Origin: Candidatus Latescibacterota bacterium
GTDB taxonomy: Bacteria; Latescibacterota; UBA2968
DNA: 64,000 nucleotides
Reading direction: 5' to 3'
Assembly (NCBI GenBank): GCA_965116885.1
Contig: OZ220741.1
Span: 5,088,001-5,152,000, forward strand
The position numbers and the translations under genes were made by a program. Numbering within the stretch: the first letter of the stretch is position 1; each line of letters opens with the position of its first letter. Under the pieces are notes generated by a model. The model was given only the letters and a program-made list of their open reading frames with translations. It had not been told where the DNA came from and did not search any database. This document shows positions 39,637 through 50,083 of this stretch, piece after piece.

Positions 39637-40493
39637 TGGGTAGAATACAGAATTTAGCAAACAAAATGTACTCAGTAGTTCTCGCATTGTTTTGCTGTAC
39701 GACCCTGCTGACTGTGGAAGTCTCCGCACAGGTGATGATCAACGAAGTGATGGCACGACCCGTCGATGGGCCAGAGTGGGTAGAGCTGTACAACCGTTCG
39801 TCAGACGCAGTTCATCTATCCGGGTGGACGCTATCCGATTTGCGAACAACGGGACAATTTAAAGCAGGTGCAGTCATTGATGGCGGAGGATATGTGATTG
39901 TCGCAGAGGACGTAGATGCTATTGGCCTGCAATTCCCCAACCTCGATGTTCCCATCTTGTCGCTTACCCGCTGGCCCCGGCTAAATAATGGAGGCGATGG
40001 CCTTATTTTGCGCGATGCGATGGCAACACTTGTCGATAGTATCTTTTATCCAGCGCAAGAGGCTTCTATAAGTCTGGAACGCATTGATCTCACTGTAGCA
40101 GGCGATCAGGACAACTGGCTCGACAGCCAGGATCCGAGGGGGGCGACCCCTGGGGCTGCAAATAGCGTTCAGTTTAACGACGACATAGCGGAGTTATCTG
40201 TGGCGGTTGCCCCCAATCCCTTTGTCGATCAAGTCGCCATTACATATCGGGTGCCCTCCCCCAGACTCCACGCAAATTTGTGGGTGTTTGACCGCACGGG
40301 TAGGCGCGTGGCATCCTTACTTGAAAGTGTTGGAAGTGGCAGTCAGCGCGTTGTAAATTGGGATGGGAGCGACGATAATGGACAAATTTTGAAGCCAGGT
40401 ATTTATGTTATCTATCTGGAAGTTGGCACGCCAGAAGGCAAATTATTCCGCGCCCGAAAGCCCGTGGTGCTGGCAAGAGGAATAAGTCAATAA
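39636..40493 (+). CDS. Secreted lamin-tail-domain protein with C-terminal FlgD-Ig-like domain
   Basis: Signal peptide; INEVM..P, EWVELYN, LNNGGD, ATPGAANS; PNPF...WDG.DDNG....PGIY. Confidence 0.78.
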   Translation: MGRIQNLANKMYSVVLALFCCTTLLTVEVSAQVMINEVMARPVDGPEWVELYNRSSDAVHLSGWTLSDLRTTGQFKAGAVIDGGGYVIVAEDVDAIGLQFPNLDVPILSLTRWPRLNNGGDGLILRDAMATLVDSIFYPAQEASISLERIDLTVAGDQDNWLDSQDPRGATPGAANSVQFNDDIAELSVAVAPNPFVDQVAITYRVPSPRLHANLWVFDRTGRRVASLLESVGSGSQRVVNWDGSDDNGQILKPGIYVIYLEVGTPEGKLFRARKPVVLARGISQ

Positions 40494-40548
40494 AACCGAT
40501 GTCCCCACATCGGATATATTCTCCCCTTTGATGCTGTGAGGAACAGAT

Positions 40549-43080
40549 ATGGAACAGTCATCGAAGGCATTACCTGAGACACAAAAAGATCGGCTAGCAT
40601 TACCCTTTCAAATTTTAGGTGTGTGCTTGATTGCTATCGCACTATTGATGGCTTTGAGCTTGCTATCGCACTCGCCAGAGGACCCGCCCAATTCGACGCG
40701 CCCCAACGAGTTGGCACAAAACCTGGTCGGATGGCTCGGCGCGCACGTCTCCTACCACTTGCTATTTAGCGTGGGCTATGGTGCTTACGCACTGATTGTG
40801 TTGGCAGTTGTATGTGGATGGAACCACCTCAGGATGTCGAGCGTCAGATCGCTTGTGATGTACAGTGTCATCCTGTTTTCACTAATGGTGATCTACTGTG
40901 GCGCGACAGGCGTACTTTTTTGGGAGAGGCCCACAATGGCCTGGAAGTTGGGAGGTTGGCTGGGCTTTATGCTATCGTCTTCCCTGCTGGTGCCCTATTT
41001 AGGTACTGTTGGTTCCTATATTTCTTTGATAACGCTATTTGTGGTGTTGTTAATGGTTGCCACCGATATTCCGTTTAACCGAATTCCCGAATGGACTTTT
41101 TTCAAAAAGCGTGAGGAGAAATCCGACAATAACGGGATACCCCCCGAAGTGGTACAAGTTGAGGACACCGATCAAATCGAGGACACCGATCAAAAAAAAA
41201 ATATAATTGAAGAAGAAATTGTTGCCGATCCCATTTTAAATAATGGGGAAAAGGACGAATTGGCCGAGGTACCCAACCCCGAGATGGCCGATGACATCAA
41301 TGAAGAAAACATTGATGAATTATTAGAGAAGCACACAAAAGAGACAGTTGCCGACCCCGTTCCAGATGTGGATCAAGTTGATTCGGAAGAAAACCAATTG
41401 GTTGAGGCACCCACATCCGAGATCGCCGATGACGATTCAGAAAACCAAGAAAAAAAAGAAGCAGTTGGTACTGACCCCATTCCAGATGTGGCACGAGTTG
41501 AGCGAGAAGAAACCGAATTATCTGAGATAGAATTTGAAATTGTAGATAAAACGCCTGAGCCAGAACCAGAACCTGTTCCTTCAAAACCCAAAAAGAAAAT
41601 TGTGCGTAAGCCATCTTCGACATATCTGTTACCCAATTTGAAGTTGCTGGAAGATCCTCCTCCGGGTGATGGGATTATAGACCGCGAAACTCTGTTTAAA
41701 GGGGCACAGGCATTGGAACAAAGCCTGAGCAATTTTGGCGTTCAGGGCAAAGTAGTACAAGTCAACCCTGGACCTGTTATTACGACATACGAAGTTGCAC
41801 CTCCCCCAGGCGTGAAAGTCAGCAAAATTGTCGGTCTTGCAGACGATCTCGCCCTCGTGATGAAAGCGCAGAGTATTCGCATTCAGGCTCCCATTCCCGG
41901 CAAGGCTGCGGTTGGCATTGAAGTGCCCAATCCAGAACCTTATACAGTCTTCTTAAAAGAAATTTTGGAATCGCGCGCATTTGAGCAGTCCGATTCAAAA
42001 TTGATGCTCGGGTTCGGCAAAACAGCTTCGGGTGATCCCTATTGTGCCGATCTGGCAAAAATGCCGCATTTGTTAATTGCCGGCGCGACCGGGGCTGGTA
42101 AATCGGGGTGTATCAATGCGTTGATTTCCAGTATTTTGTTCCGCTGCACCCCAGAAGAAGTGCGTTTTATTATGGTGGATCCCAAAATGCTGGAATTGTC
42201 AATTTACAACGATATTCCACATCTCTTAGCCCCTGTTGTCGTCGATCCCAAAATGGCGTCGGGTGCGCTCAAGTGGGCGGTGTCAGAGATGGAGAACCGC
42301 TATCGCACGATGGCGCAGTTTACAGCGCGCAATATTACTGATTTTAATGCCAAGATGGCGCGGCTGCGACAGGAAGCACCCACCGAGGAAGACCGCGACG
42401 AGGTTCCCGATGCCTTGCCCTATATTGTCGTGGTGATCGATGAATTGGCCGACTTGATGATGACTGCACCGAGCGATATTGAAAGCTCACTGGCGCGATT
42501 GGCACAAATGGCCCGCGCTGTGGGCATCCATCTCATTATTGCAACCCAGCGTCCTTCAGTAAATGTGATTACTGGTACAATCAAAGCCAATTTCCCAACG
42601 CGTATTGCATTTCGCGTGGCATCCAAGGTCGATTCGCGCACGATTATTGACGCCAATGGCGGTGAAAAACTCCTTGGGCGAGGTGATATGCTATTCTTGC
42701 CCCCTGGACAACCAGAACCCATTCGCCTTCACGGGGCGTGGATCGATACTGAAGAAACCGAACAATTAGTGGCCTGGGTGCGCGATCAGGGCGTCGAACT
42801 CGATAGCGTTGAATTTGAGGGCGAAAATAGCGATCTTTCTGTTGTCGATAACGAGCGCGATGCCCGATTTGATGAGGCATTGCGATTGGTGGTTATCCAC
42901 CAACAAGGCTCGGCATCGCTCCTGCAGCGCCGGATGAAGGTGGGATACTCGCGGGCTGCCCGCCTTGTTGACGAACTCGAAGCCGCCGGGATTGTTGGCC
43001 CGCCCAATGGGTCGAGCAAGGGGCGCGAAGTCCTCGTTGACGAAGATTATTTAGAGGAACTCGAGGAGTTGGATGTATGA
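40549..43080 (+). CDS. ftsK: DNA translocase FtsK
   Basis: N-terminal TM domain, acidic linker, GPVIT.YE, PHLLIAGATGAGKS, DELADLMM, ATQRPS, gamma domain SLLQRRMKVGYSRAARL. Confidence 0.97.
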   Translation: MEQSSKALPETQKDRLALPFQILGVCLIAIALLMALSLLSHSPEDPPNSTRPNELAQNLVGWLGAHVSYHLLFSVGYGAYALIVLAVVCGWNHLRMSSVRSLVMYSVILFSLMVIYCGATGVLFWERPTMAWKLGGWLGFMLSSSLLVPYLGTVGSYISLITLFVVLLMVATDIPFNRIPEWTFFKKREEKSDNNGIPPEVVQVEDTDQIEDTDQKKNIIEEEIVADPILNNGEKDELAEVPNPEMADDINEENIDELLEKHTKETVADPVPDVDQVDSEENQLVEAPTSEIADDDSENQEKKEAVGTDPIPDVARVEREETELSEIEFEIVDKTPEPEPEPVPSKPKKKIVRKPSSTYLLPNLKLLEDPPPGDGIIDRETLFKGAQALEQSLSNFGVQGKVVQVNPGPVITTYEVAPPPGVKVSKIVGLADDLALVMKAQSIRIQAPIPGKAAVGIEVPNPEPYTVFLKEILESRAFEQSDSKLMLGFGKTASGDPYCADLAKMPHLLIAGATGAGKSGCINALISSILFRCTPEEVRFIMVDPKMLELSIYNDIPHLLAPVVVDPKMASGALKWAVSEMENRYRTMAQFTARNITDFNAKMARLRQEAPTEEDRDEVPDALPYIVVVIDELADLMMTAPSDIESSLARLAQMARAVGIHLIIATQRPSVNVITGTIKANFPTRIAFRVASKVDSRTIIDANGGEKLLGRGDMLFLPPGQPEPIRLHGAWIDTEETEQLVAWVRDQGVELDSVEFEGENSDLSVVDNERDARFDEALRLVVIHQQGSASLLQRRMKVGYSRAARLVDELEAAGIVGPPNGSSKGREVLVDEDYLEELEELDV

Positions 43081-43757
43081 TGCGTAGAATACACCACAGG
43101 CGTAGCCTGCATACCTTTCTCGCTATTCTCAGTATTTTACTTTACACGGGAACTGTACAGGCAGATACGCGCGGCTCAGAGGTAGTTGCGAAATTGCAAA
43201 AAAAATTTGCGGATCTCGAGACGCTTTCCGCTCACTTTGTCAAGCAACACTACTGGCGCGTGATGGACCAGCATCAAGAAGTCAAAGGCAAGTTGCTGGT
43301 TCAGCGCCCCGATCAGTTTCGAATGGATTCGGATGTACAGGTAGTGGTGAGCGATGGCAAAACCGTGTGGCATTACGCGCCTGCCAATGCCCAGGTGCTG
43401 GTGAGCGATTACACTGCGATGGAAAATGATCGAAACTATGAGAAATTGTTATTTGATCTGATTTTTTGGGGTGGATACGACGAAAATTATGTACCCGTTT
43501 ATATGGGCGAAGAAAAGATACATCGCAAAACGTGTTACGCGGTTGATCTATTGGCAAAAAAAGAAGATACGTATATCCATAAAATTCGCATGTGGATAGA
43601 CAAACGCCTCTATCTGGTACGGCAGGTAGAGTATCGCAATATTCACGAAGATGTGACAACATTTGTGTTGTCGGATTTGAAGGTCAATAAAAAAGCCAAG
43701 CCCGATCAATTTACATTTCACGTACCCAGCGGGGTGGAATTGATCGATTTGCGCTGA
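43077..43757 (+). CDS. lolA: Outer-membrane lipoprotein carrier LolA
   Basis: Signal peptide; A.F.Q...G....RP..FR, VVSDGKTVW.Y, F.F.VP.GVE; follows ftsK. Confidence 0.85.
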   Translation: MMRRIHHRRSLHTFLAILSILLYTGTVQADTRGSEVVAKLQKKFADLETLSAHFVKQHYWRVMDQHQEVKGKLLVQRPDQFRMDSDVQVVVSDGKTVWHYAPANAQVLVSDYTAMENDRNYEKLLFDLIFWGGYDENYVPVYMGEEKIHRKTCYAVDLLAKKEDTYIHKIRMWIDKRLYLVRQVEYRNIHEDVTTFVLSDLKVNKKAKPDQFTFHVPSGVELIDLR

Positions 43758-43793
43758 TGTGTCGTTATGAATACAATGGGAAAGGAACAAATA

Positions 43794-44910
43794 ATGGCTG
43801 TGGAAATTCAGGTGCGTGAAATACAAGACGCGCTATCCGATTATAGCACGCGCGTGGATAAGCTTGGGAGGTATCTTTGACCTCGATCAAAGACGGGTCA
43901 AAATTGCCAAATTTGAAAAACTAATGGAAGCACCAGATTTCTGGAATGATCGCGAAAATGCACAGCGGATTATCGACGCCTGTAATGCGGAGAAATACTG
44001 GGTTGAAAGTTGGGAAAGTTTAAATGCACAAGCGGAAGATCTGGACGTACTTTTTCAATTGGCCAGTGAAGAAGACGATGACGAATCTCTATCGGAAGTC
44101 GCCGCCGAATTGCCCGATGTTGGCGCAGCTTTAGACGCCCTTGAATTGCAGCACATGTTGGGCGATCGAGAAGATCGCAATGACGCGATCTTGACTATTC
44201 ACCCAGGTGCTGGAGGTACTGAAGCGGCAGATTGGGCGCAAATGTTGATGCGTATGTACACGCGATGGGCAGAGCGGCGCGGGTTTCAAACCAATGTTCT
44301 GGATACGCTTCCAGGCGAAACAGCAGGGATTAAGAGTGCGACAATTGAAGTGAAGGGCGATTACGCTTTTGGCTATCTCAAGTCCGAATCAGGCGTACAC
44401 AGATTGGTGCGAATTTCGCCTTATGATTCCAACAGTCGCCGCCATACATCATTCGCATCCGTTTTTGTCTATCCCGACGCCGAGGGCGATATCGAGGTGG
44501 AGATCAATCCCAACGATTTGAAAGTAGATACCTATCGCGCTGGGGGTGCCGGCGGACAACACGTGAACAAAACTGATTCTGCGGTGCGTATTACCCACGA
44601 GCCCACGGGGATTGTAGTGCAATGTCAGAACGAGCGTTCTCAGCACAAGAACCGCAATACGGCCCTGAAAATTCTCAAGGCGCGATTGTATCAACACCTG
44701 CGGGAAGAAGAAGACAAAAAGCGTGCCGAACTCGAAAGCACCAAAAAGCGCATTGAATGGGGTAGTCAAATCCGCAATTACGTTTTCCAGCCCTATCAGA
44801 TGGTGAAAGACGCGCGAACCGGCTTTGAGACATCGGATGTTTCGGGAGTTATAGATGGCGATCTCGACCCGTTTATCCGCGCGTATTTACTGACGTCGGA
44901 CGCTACGTAA
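43794..44910 (+). CDS. prfB: Peptide chain release factor 2, +1 programmed frameshift
   Basis: ATG 43794 reads 28 codons to CTT-TGA-C (43875-43881) with internal SD GGGAGG. The +1 frame carries GGTEA.DW, LVRISPY, RRHTSF and GGQHVN. Confidence 0.95.
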
Positions 44911-45036
44911 ACTGAGTTTTAATCGGCGATCGCAAGTGGGCAACGCGCTTGACTTGAATATACATATTGGTTATAGTTTTATGACCTTCATAACGTTTAA
45001 TCTTATAGATATTAGAGGGGTTGGGAGGCTCCAATT

Positions 45037-46569
45037 TTGACTCGGGTTGTGGGACAAACGCCAGAATCTCAATTAATCGAACAGCGCCTGCAAAAACTCG
45101 ACACCATTCGAGATTTGGGCATTGAGCCTTATCCGTATCGCTTTGAGCCCACGCACTATTCTGCGGATATTGTCGCGTCTTTTGATGCGCTGAACGAATC
45201 GGGCGAAGAGGTGCGGGTTGCCGGTCGATTGATTGTTACGCGCGGTCATGGCAAAGCGGCCTTTGCCGATTTGCGAGATGCCGTGGGCCGCCTTCAAATT
45301 TATGTGCGGCTCGACAATGTTGGCGATGATGCTTTCGCGCTGTGGAAGTTGCTGGATATCGGCGATTTTATCGGCGTATCTGGCCGGGTTTTTAAGACGC
45401 GCACGGGTCAAATATCCGTTCAGGTTCAAACGCTCGCATTGTTGACCAAAGCCATTCGTCCGCTACCCGTTCCCAAAGAAGAAATACGCGATGGCGAGCG
45501 CGTAGTACACGATCAATTTAGCGACAAAGAACTGCGATATCGCCGTCGTTATCTGGACCTGGCACTCAACCCCGATGTGCAGGCGGTGTTTCGCAAGCGC
45601 AGCGCGGTCGTATCTGCGATTCGCGAATTTTTAGATGCACGCGGTTTTCTCGAAGTCGAGACACCGGTGTTGCAGCCGCTCTACGGCGGGGCTTCGGCCC
45701 GTCCTTTTGTCACACATCACAACGTGCTGGACATGCCGCTGTACCTGCGGATATCCGATGAATTATATCTCAAGCGTTTGATTGTGGGTGGGCTTGAGCG
45801 GGTGTATGAAATCGGCAAAAATTTTCGCAATGAAGGCATCGACCGAACTCATAACCCCGAGTTTTCGATGCTCGAATTGTATCAGGCTTATGCCGATTAC
45901 TCAGATATGATGGCAATATCCGAGACACTCTACGCCTTTGTGGCCGAAAAGGTAAATGGTGCAACAACACTCGAATATCAGGGTCGAGAAATCGATCTTA
46001 CCCCTCCCTGGCCGCGCATTCCCATGCTCGACGCCATCGAAAAATACGGCGGTATCAATGTGGCGCGTTCCTCAGATGCCGACTTGCGTGCTGCGTGCAA
46101 GCGTTTTGATTCCGATATCGAACCGGATGCAGAGCGAGGCTTGTTGATCAACGCATTGTTCGAAGCGTGTGTCGAACCTGAATTGATTCAACCGACCTTT
46201 ATTACCGACTACCCCATTGCAGTGTCTCCCCTGGCCAAACGCCATCGGACCGAAAAAGACCTCACCGAACGATTTGAATTTTTTATCAATGGTTGGGAAG
46301 CGGGCAATGCATTTTCGGAGTTAAACGATCCGATTGATCAGCGACAGCGGTTCGCCCATCAAAAAACCTTGCGCGATCAAGGCGACGACGAGGCACAAGT
46401 TCTCGACGAAGATTTTTTAATGGCTCTGGAACACGGGATGCCGCCGACGGGTGGGTTGGGCATTGGTGTTGACCGGATGGTGATGTTGCTCGCAGACGTG
46501 CCTTCGATTCGAGACGCAATTCTCTTTCCGCACATGCGCCCAAAAGAGGGCCTTGACGACCATGAATAA
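45037..46569 (+). CDS. lysS: Lysine--tRNA ligase (class II)
   Basis: YRRRYLDL, EVETP, FRNEGID..HNPEF, ELNDP, GMPPTGGLGIGVDR. Confidence 0.97.
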   Translation: MTRVVGQTPESQLIEQRLQKLDTIRDLGIEPYPYRFEPTHYSADIVASFDALNESGEEVRVAGRLIVTRGHGKAAFADLRDAVGRLQIYVRLDNVGDDAFALWKLLDIGDFIGVSGRVFKTRTGQISVQVQTLALLTKAIRPLPVPKEEIRDGERVVHDQFSDKELRYRRRYLDLALNPDVQAVFRKRSAVVSAIREFLDARGFLEVETPVLQPLYGGASARPFVTHHNVLDMPLYLRISDELYLKRLIVGGLERVYEIGKNFRNEGIDRTHNPEFSMLELYQAYADYSDMMAISETLYAFVAEKVNGATTLEYQGREIDLTPPWPRIPMLDAIEKYGGINVARSSDADLRAACKRFDSDIEPDAERGLLINALFEACVEPELIQPTFITDYPIAVSPLAKRHRTEKDLTERFEFFINGWEAGNAFSELNDPIDQRQRFAHQKTLRDQGDDEAQVLDEDFLMALEHGMPPTGGLGIGVDRMVMLLADVPSIRDAILFPHMRPKEGLDDHE

Positions 46570-47236
46570 GTTGCTTCGCGCAACAGGTATTTGCAAGCAC
46601 TATGTCATGGGGGATACCCACATTGAGGTACTCAAAGGTGTTGACCTCGGGGTTGTTCGCGGCGAAATTGTAGCAGTGGTTGGGGCTTCCGGTGTTGGAA
46701 AAAGTACTTTGTTGCACATTATGGGCGGGTTAGACCATCCGGTTTCAGGGACGGTTGTCATCGATGGCGTCGATATATTTGCCCTTTCAGATACTGATCG
46801 CGCCAAATTTCGCAACCGTCAGATTGGGTTTGTTTTTCAGTTTCACCACTTACTGCGCGATTTTACCGCGCTTGAAAACGTGATGATGCCCCTGATGATT
46901 GCAGGTGTTTCGCCCGATGAAGCGCGAGCATCTGCGCAAAAACTGCTGCTTGATGTGGGTCTGGAAAAACGGCTTGCACATTTGCCTTCCGAGCTTTCTG
47001 GTGGAGAAGCACAGCGCGTTGCTGTTGCGCGGGCATTGGTGACACAACCCGCTGTCGTTCTGGCCGACGAACCTTCTGGTAATCTCGATGTCGCGCGCAG
47101 TGCAGAACTTCACGCACTAATATGGGAACTTGCCAGAACCCGACATCAAACGTGCATTATTGTAACACACGACCAGCATTTGGCCGCTCGCGCTGATCGG
47201 GTGGTCGAGATGGAAGACGGTCGTCTCGTTGCTTAA
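46562..47236 (+). CDS. lolD: Lipoprotein-releasing ABC ATPase LolD
   Basis: GASGVGKSTLL, GFVFQFHHLL, LSGGEAQRVA, LADEPSGNLD, VTHD. Confidence 0.85.
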   Translation: MNKLLRATGICKHYVMGDTHIEVLKGVDLGVVRGEIVAVVGASGVGKSTLLHIMGGLDHPVSGTVVIDGVDIFALSDTDRAKFRNRQIGFVFQFHHLLRDFTALENVMMPLMIAGVSPDEARASAQKLLLDVGLEKRLAHLPSELSGGEAQRVAVARALVTQPAVVLADEPSGNLDVARSAELHALIWELARTRHQTCIIVTHDQHLAARADRVVEMEDGRLVA

Positions 47237-47352
47237 ATAACAAAGCGTGTGGGACCAAAAGAAACAGTGTTGAGTTTTCCTTTATAAACTGTTATACTGG
47301 GAATCAACATCACGCTTCGCCAGATTTCTCGTCAGGCGAGAGGAGTATTTCG

Positions 47353-49944
47353 ATGAATAGTATGTTTTCAGACCAGGTAAAGCAGGTCATGCAACTCGCT
47401 CGAGAAGAGGCAGCGCGCCTGGGACACAATTACATCGGTACCGAGCATCTGCTGCTGGGCATCATACGCGGGGGCAAAAGTACGGCCGTTCAGGTGTTGA
47501 CAAATCTAAATTTAAATCTCGAAAGTATCAAGCAATCCATCGACGATTTTGTCGCTTCTTCTGGCAGTTCAATGACAATGGGCGAAGTGCCTTTTACGCC
47601 CCGTGCAAAACAAATTCTCGAAATCGCTGCCAATGAAGCCAAAGAAATGAAAAGCCGAGTCGTGAGAACCAGCCATCTGCTGTTGGCACTATTAAAAGAT
47701 AAAGACGGGGTTGCCGCACAGATTTTGGTCACATTCGGCGTAGATCACAGAACCGCCAAAGAGGAGGTGATTGCCGTGTTGCAGGGAAAATCTTCAGGTA
47801 GTAAACGTGAAAAAAGAAAAAGCAAAACGCCTTTCCTCGATCATTTCGGACGCGATTTAACCGATCTGGCGCGGCAGGGCAAATTGGATCCGACTATCGG
47901 TCGCGATCGCGAAATCGAACGGGTGTCACAGGTGCTGGCCAGACGCAAAAAGAACAACCCGGTGCTGGTAGGCGAACCCGGTGTGGGCAAAACGCAGATC
48001 ATCGAAGGATTGGCACAGCGCATTGTGGAACGGCGAGTCCCACAAATTTTGCTGGACAAGCGCGTGGTCACGCTCGATATGGGTGGCATTGTCGCCGGTA
48101 CAAAATATCGAGGGCAGTTTGAAGAGCGTCTTAAAGCCGTGATGAATGAACTGCAACAAAGCCAGAATGTGATCATTTTTATCGATGAGTTGCACACCAT
48201 TGTCGGCGCCGGTAGTGCCGAGGGTACGCTCGATGCTTCCAATATGTTTAAGCCCTCTCTCTCCCGCGGCGAATTGCAGTGCATTGGTGCAACGACCTTG
48301 GACGAATATCGAAAATATATTGAAAAGGATGGCGCGCTTGAGCGACGATTCCAGACGATTGTGGTCGATGCGCCTTCAGTGGATGAAACCATTGAAATCC
48401 TCAAGGGACTAAAAGACAGTTATGAAACACATCACAAAGTGTCTTTTTTACCTGAAGCGATCGAAGCAGCAGCGCAAATGGCCGACCGCTATATCAGTGA
48501 TCGCCACTTGCCCGACAAGGCCATTGATGTGATCGATGAAACGGGAGCGCGGGTGCGATTGTCTCGCCTCAACCCCCCCGAAGAGATCAAAGAAATCGAG
48601 ATGGCCATTGGTGAGATTACGCGAAAAAAGGATATGGCTGCCGAAAATCAGCAATTTGAAGAGGCGGCCAGCTTGCGCGACCGCGAAAGAGAACTCAAAA
48701 ACGAACTCGAAAATATGCGCCAGACGTGGGAAGCACAGGTGACAGATGACGTGGTCGAAGTAACAGAAGAACACATTGCCGAAGTGATTTCGAGCATGAC
48801 GGGCATCCCCGTGTTTCGGCTGGCACAGGCCGAGTCCGAAAGACTGATCAACATGGCGTCCGAGTTACAAAAGCGCGTGATCGGTCAAGAAGAAGCTGTT
48901 TCTACGGTGTGTCGCTCCATTCGGCGCACGCGCGCAGGTCTCAAAGATCCCAATCGCCCAATCGGCACGTTTTTGTTTCTGGGGCCCACGGGTATTGGCA
49001 AAACGTATTTGGCGCAAGCACTGGCGCAGTATCTGTTTGACGATGAAGACGCTCTCGTAACCGTAGATATGTCGGAATATATGGAGAAATTCGCGGTATC
49101 TCGGCTCGTGGGTGCACCACCGGGTTATGTGGGATACGATGAAGGCGGACAGCTAACGGAAAAAGTGCGCCGGCGTCCCTATTCAGTGGTTTTGCTCGAT
49201 GAAATTGAAAAAGCCCATCCCGATGTGTTCAATATCCTCTTGCAGGTATTGGATGAAGGGCGTTTGACAGATAGCTTTGGGCGCAAGGTAAATTTCAAAA
49301 ATACCATTTTGATTATGACATCCAACCTGGGAACCAAAGATCTGCAAAATGCAGGTGGCCTGGGATTTGGCCGATCAGACAAAAAATCAATTCGCGAAAA
49401 AATGGAAGAGCGCATCAACGAAGAGGTCAAAAAGACATTTAATCCCGAGTTTATCAACCGCTTAGATGAAACGGTAATTTTCAATCCGCTGGATCGAAAG
49501 GAAATTATTCAGATCGTCGATATCGAGCTTGAAAAAATTCTCGCTCGCGTTGCAGAACGCGATATCGAGGTACGCCTCACACAAGGAGCCAAGAGTTTAA
49601 TCGCCGAGAAGGGCTATGATCCGACTTATGGCGCGCGGCATTTGCGGCGCACCATTCAAAAGATGATTGAAGATCCCCTCGCCGAAGAGATCATTATGGG
49701 TCATTTTTCGGATGGATACAACGTTCGGGTGAGCAAAAAAGGCGATGTACTCAACTTTGAGGGACATTCTATCGCAAAAGAAGAATCGGAAGACACGGCC
49801 GAAGTGCAGATGAAAGAAAAAAATAATAATCTCAAATTCGCCGATGAGAGCGAAGCAAGTGATCTCAGTAAAAAGGTAGGAGATCAGGACAAATCGGGAG
49901 ATCCTGTCGGCGAAGAGGAAGTGGCAAACAAGGACAAAGCATGA
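47353..49944 (+). CDS. clpC: ATP-dependent Clp protease ATPase ClpC
   Basis: Clp N repeats, [11 protein letters not shown]-type middle domain ([11 protein letters not shown]), [13 protein letters not shown] ClpP-docking loop. Confidence 0.95.
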   Translation: MNSMFSDQVKQVMQLAREEAARLGHNYIGTEHLLLGIIRGGKSTAVQVLTNLNLNLESIKQSIDDFVASSGSSMTMGEVPFTPRAKQILEIAANEAKEMKSRVVRTSHLLLALLKDKDGVAAQILVTFGVDHRTAKEEVIAVLQGKSSGSKREKRKSKTPFLDHFGRDLTDLARQGKLDPTIGRDREIERVSQVLARRKKNNPVLVGEPGVGKTQIIEGLAQRIVERRVPQILLDKRVVTLDMGGIVAGTKYRGQFEERLKAVMNELQQSQNVIIFIDELHTIVGAGSAEGTLDASNMFKPSLSRGELQCIGATTLDEYRKYIEKDGALERRFQTIVVDAPSVDETIEILKGLKDSYETHHKVSFLPEAIEAAAQMADRYISDRHLPDKAIDVIDETGARVRLSRLNPPEEIKEIEMAIGEITRKKDMAAENQQFEEAASLRDRERELKNELENMRQTWEAQVTDDVVEVTEEHIAEVISSMTGIPVFRLAQAESERLINMASELQKRVIGQEEAVSTVCRSIRRTRAGLKDPNRPIGTFLFLGPTGIGKTYLAQALAQYLFDDEDALVTVDMSEYMEKFAVSRLVGAPPGYVGYDEGGQLTEKVRRRPYSVVLLDEIEKAHPDVFNILLQVLDEGRLTDSFGRKVNFKNTILIMTSNLGTKDLQNAGGLGFGRSDKKSIREKMEERINEEVKKTFNPEFINRLDETVIFNPLDRKEIIQIVDIELEKILARVAERDIEVRLTQGAKSLIAEKGYDPTYGARHLRRTIQKMIEDPLAEEIIMGHFSDGYNVRVSKKGDVLNFEGHSIAKEESEDTAEVQMKEKNNNLKFADESEASDLSKKVGDQDKSGDPVGEEEVANKDKA

Positions 49945-49970
49945 TCGTAAAGGTGCGGTCAATACCCAAA

Positions 49971-49997
49971 CGGCCCGGACGGCAGTCCGGGCTGTTT
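49971..49997 (+). terminator. Terminator after clpC
   Basis: cggcccggac-ggca-gtccgggctg followed by ttt. Confidence 0.65.
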
Positions 49998-50083
49998 GTC
50001 GTACGGTCGGAACATTTTTCCATGTTGGGCGTTTGAGGCTTACAAAGTCCCACATAATCTATTTCAGATAGGTATTTCGCAAC

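Noticed and set aside
43816..43878. GTG start of the ORF-track RF2
   Set aside because: An artefact of the +1 frameshift; the real start is ATG 43794.
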